Shown: piece by piece, positions 62,103 through 64,000 of the stretch
Layout: the number at the start of each line of letters is the position of its first letter
Position numbering within the stretch: the stretch's first letter is position 1
Position numbers and translations under genes: made by a program
The notes under the pieces: generated by a model
The model's input: the letters and a program-made list of their open reading frames with translations, nothing else
The model's database searches: none
Told to the model about the DNA's origin: nothing
Source: Myxococcales bacterium
GTDB lineage: Bacteria; Myxococcota_A; Polyangia; Polyangiales; Houyiibacteriaceae
Length of the DNA: 64,000 nucleotides
Direction of reading: 5' to 3'
Assembly (NCBI GenBank): GCA_020430775.1
Contig: JAGQJE010000169.1
Coordinates: 2,343 to 66,342, forward strand

Positions 62103-63611
62103 TCAGGCCTCGAGGTCGGCGATGCGGCGGGTGATGAGGTCGCTGAGGGCCATGACCGTGGCTTGAGGGTTTACGGCGGAGGGGCTCGGGAAGACGCTCG
62201 CGTCGCAAAGCCAGAGGCCGTCGACGCCGCGGACGGCGCCGTCGGGGTCGGTGGGGCCGCGGCGGGGGTCGGCGCTCATCGGACAGGAGCCGAAGATGTG
62301 GTTGCCCGTCATCGGCACGTCGCGCGCCCTCACACGTCGGGTCAGGAGCAGCTCGACCTCCGCCGGCGAGCGAAAGACGGCGGGCATGCCCCAGATGCTG
62401 GTGCTGACGCCGCGCGCGCCGACGGCGAAGAGCCCGTCGACGGCCTCCTTGACGCCCCGCATGACCGTGGCGACCTCGTCGTCCGGCACGCGCATCGACG
62501 CCACAGGGGTGCCGCTGCGCCGCACCTTCACCCGCCCGCGCACCCTGGCCCGATAGACCGAGACGATGAGCGCCATGTGCCGGACCTTCTGAAGGTCGTC
62601 GTAGAGCCCGCGCCCGAGGCCGCCGTAGCGCGACAGGATGAGCGGCTCGGGCGCCCAGAGCGACTCGTACTTGAGGCCGCGGATGTTCGGGCTGATCGCG
62701 CCCCAGCCCTGGGTCGCGCCGATCCAGGGCTCGACCGGCTCGTCGAAGTAGCCCGCGGCCGCGCCGCCGATGTGCGCGTAGAAGGTCGCGCCGACGCGCT
62801 TGCCGGGGTTGATGCCGCTGCGCAGCAAGAGCGCGGGCGTCGCCATCGCGCCCGCCGCCAAGAGCACGCGCGGCGCCCGCACCGTAAAGCGGGCTGCGGG
62901 CTCTCCGCCCTCGCGGTCGATCACGCGACCGCGCACACCGACGGCGCGCCGCCCCTCGGTCAGCACGGCGTCGACGGTCGCGTTGGTGTAGACCTCCGCG
63001 CCGCCCTGCACCGCGCCAGGGAGCCACGAGCGGTCGACGCTCTGCTTGGCGCCGGTGTGGCACCCGGTCGTGCAGTCGGCGCAGCCGTGACACCCCTGCA
63101 CCGCGCGCGGCAGCGGCCCACCGCCGAGGCCCGCGGCCGCGAGGGCCTCGCCGACCAGGCGGTTGCGGCGCCCCATCACGGCGAGCGGCGTCGGCTGCAC
63201 CCGCGTGCGCTCAAAGATCCGCTCGAAGGCGCGGTCGAACGCTGCGTCGCGGAGCCCCGGCAGGTGCTCGTCGCGGATCCACTCGTCGCGCACCCAGTCG
63301 GGCAGCTTGAACATGATGGCGCTGTTGACGACGGTGCTGCCGCCGAGGCATCGGGCCTGCATCGAGGGCATCTGCATCGAGCCGCCGATCATGCGCAGCC
63401 CGCCCTCCCAGAAGTAGCGCGCCATGAAGCGCGGGCCGTCGCGCGTCATGTCCGCCGGGCGCACGACCGGGCCCGCCTCGAGGACCACCACCCGGAGCCC
63501 CGCCTCGGTGAGGTTCGCTGCCGCGACCGCGCCGCCCGCTCCGGAGCCGACGACGACGGCGTCGGCGCTCACCTCGAAGCCGGCGCGCAGGTCCGACAGC
63601 TCGTGGATCAT
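62103..63611 (-). CDS. GMC-family FAD oxidoreductase
   Basis: ATG at 63611 overlaps the upstream stop (ATGA). Motifs are AVVVGSGAGGAVAAANLTEAGLRVVVLEAG and GGSTVVNSA. The C-terminal region is MTGNHIFGSCPM...CDASVFPS. Confidence 0.85.
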   Translation of the reverse strand: MIHELSDLRAGFEVSADAVVVGSGAGGAVAAANLTEAGLRVVVLEAGPVVRPADMTRDGPRFMARYFWEGGLRMIGGSMQMPSMQARCLGGSTVVNSAIMFKLPDWVRDEWIRDEHLPGLRDAAFDRAFERIFERTRVQPTPLAVMGRRNRLVGEALAAAGLGGGPLPRAVQGCHGCADCTTGCHTGAKQSVDRSWLPGAVQGGAEVYTNATVDAVLTEGRRAVGVRGRVIDREGGEPAARFTVRAPRVLLAAGAMATPALLLRSGINPGKRVGATFYAHIGGAAAGYFDEPVEPWIGATQGWGAISPNIRGLKYESLWAPEPLILSRYGGLGRGLYDDLQKVRHMALIVSVYRARVRGRVKVRRSGTPVASMRVPDDEVATVMRGVKEAVDGLFAVGARGVSTSIWGMPAVFRSPAEVELLLTRRVRARDVPMTGNHIFGSCPMSADPRRGPTDPDGAVRGVDGLWLCDASVFPSPSAVNPQATVMALSDLITRRIADLEA

Positions 63612-64000
63612 CGGAGCGCCCCGAGCCGCTCGTCGAGCGCGAAGGGGTCTTCCGGGTGCTCGCAGGCCTTGAAGACGCCCAGCCACGCGAGGGCGCGGCG
63701 ATCGCTGAGCCAGGCGATCGTCGCGACCGACTTCAGCGAGTCGCCGATGACGCGCAGTGGATAGCGCTTCGACGCGCGCAGGCGCTCGACGAGCCGCAGG
63801 CGTCGCTCGGGCGGCAGGCGCGACAAGCGCCGCGGCGAGCCGGTCAGCAGCAGCGGCCCTGCCAACTCCACCAGCACGAAGAGCGCTGCCAAGAGCCGCC
63901 GAGGCTCGGGCGGGAGCTCCCGCATCCACGCGAGCCCGTGCTCGACGGCGCCCACCTCGCGCCAGCCAGGCGCGCCGACGTCGTTCGCCGGGAAGACCAC
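63608..64000 (-). CDS. hypothetical protein, 3' part only (continues beyond the window), coupled to the GMC oxidoreductase
   Basis: An open frame runs to the window edge. Its stop overlaps the GMC start. GC3 bias is good. Confidence 0.5.
   Translation of the reverse strand: MVFPANDVGAPGWREVGAVEHGLAWMRELPPEPRRLLAALFVLVELAGPLLLTGSPRRLSRLPPERRLRLVERLRASKRYPLRVIGDSLKSVATIAWLSDRRALAWLGVFKACEHPEDPFALDERLGALR

Noticed and set aside
61843-62166. 107-aa + strand ORF in the gap between the DUF1634-like gene and the GMC oxidoreductase
   Set aside because: It is Ala/Pro/Arg-rich low-complexity sequence with no RBS. It overlaps the 3' end of the convergent GMC gene and has poor codon-position bias.

Overview
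This is a 64-kb window of very GC-rich (roughly 70%) bacterial chromosome. Gene content (Ser/Thr kinase, TPR proteins, NRPS/PKS, Pro/Ala/Asp linkers) suggests a myxobacterium-like genome, but that is inference only.

I support about 45 coding regions, one tRNA-Thr(CGU) and several repeat families. All calls come from hand-read motifs; no searches were run.

**Housekeeping genes:** two peptide-type ABC permeases, argJ, secA, a Fur-family regulator, an H+-pyrophosphatase, fabD, a BolA/Grx4 pair, an acyl-CoA dehydrogenase and ligA.

**Four blocks worth a second look:**
- **Repeat-dense zone (2.5-5.6 kb)** next to tRNA-Thr. It holds a 71-bp perfect direct repeat, a ~250-bp composite repeat bracketing a haloalkane-dehalogenase-like gene, a MITE-like palindromic insert and an orphan Avd-like four-helix-bundle gene.
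- **Orphan two-gene assembly line (11995-23171).** Domain order is A-PCP-KS-AT-ACP-aminotransferase, then C-A-PCP-TE. It has no reductive domains and no accessory genes.
- **Copper block (32905-45560, ~12.7 kb).** It contains cusCBA, a small Cys-rich secreted ORF, csoR-copA with a perfect operator-like palindrome, and an mbnP-mbnH pair translationally coupled to an uncharacterised His-rich outer-membrane-like protein.
- **Degenerate hexanucleotide (GGGNNC)n arrays** at seven or more loci. They are G-quadruplex-capable, mostly intergenic, and twice absorbed into coding sequence.

Many long ORFs in the supplied track are antisense artefacts of the high GC content and were rejected.
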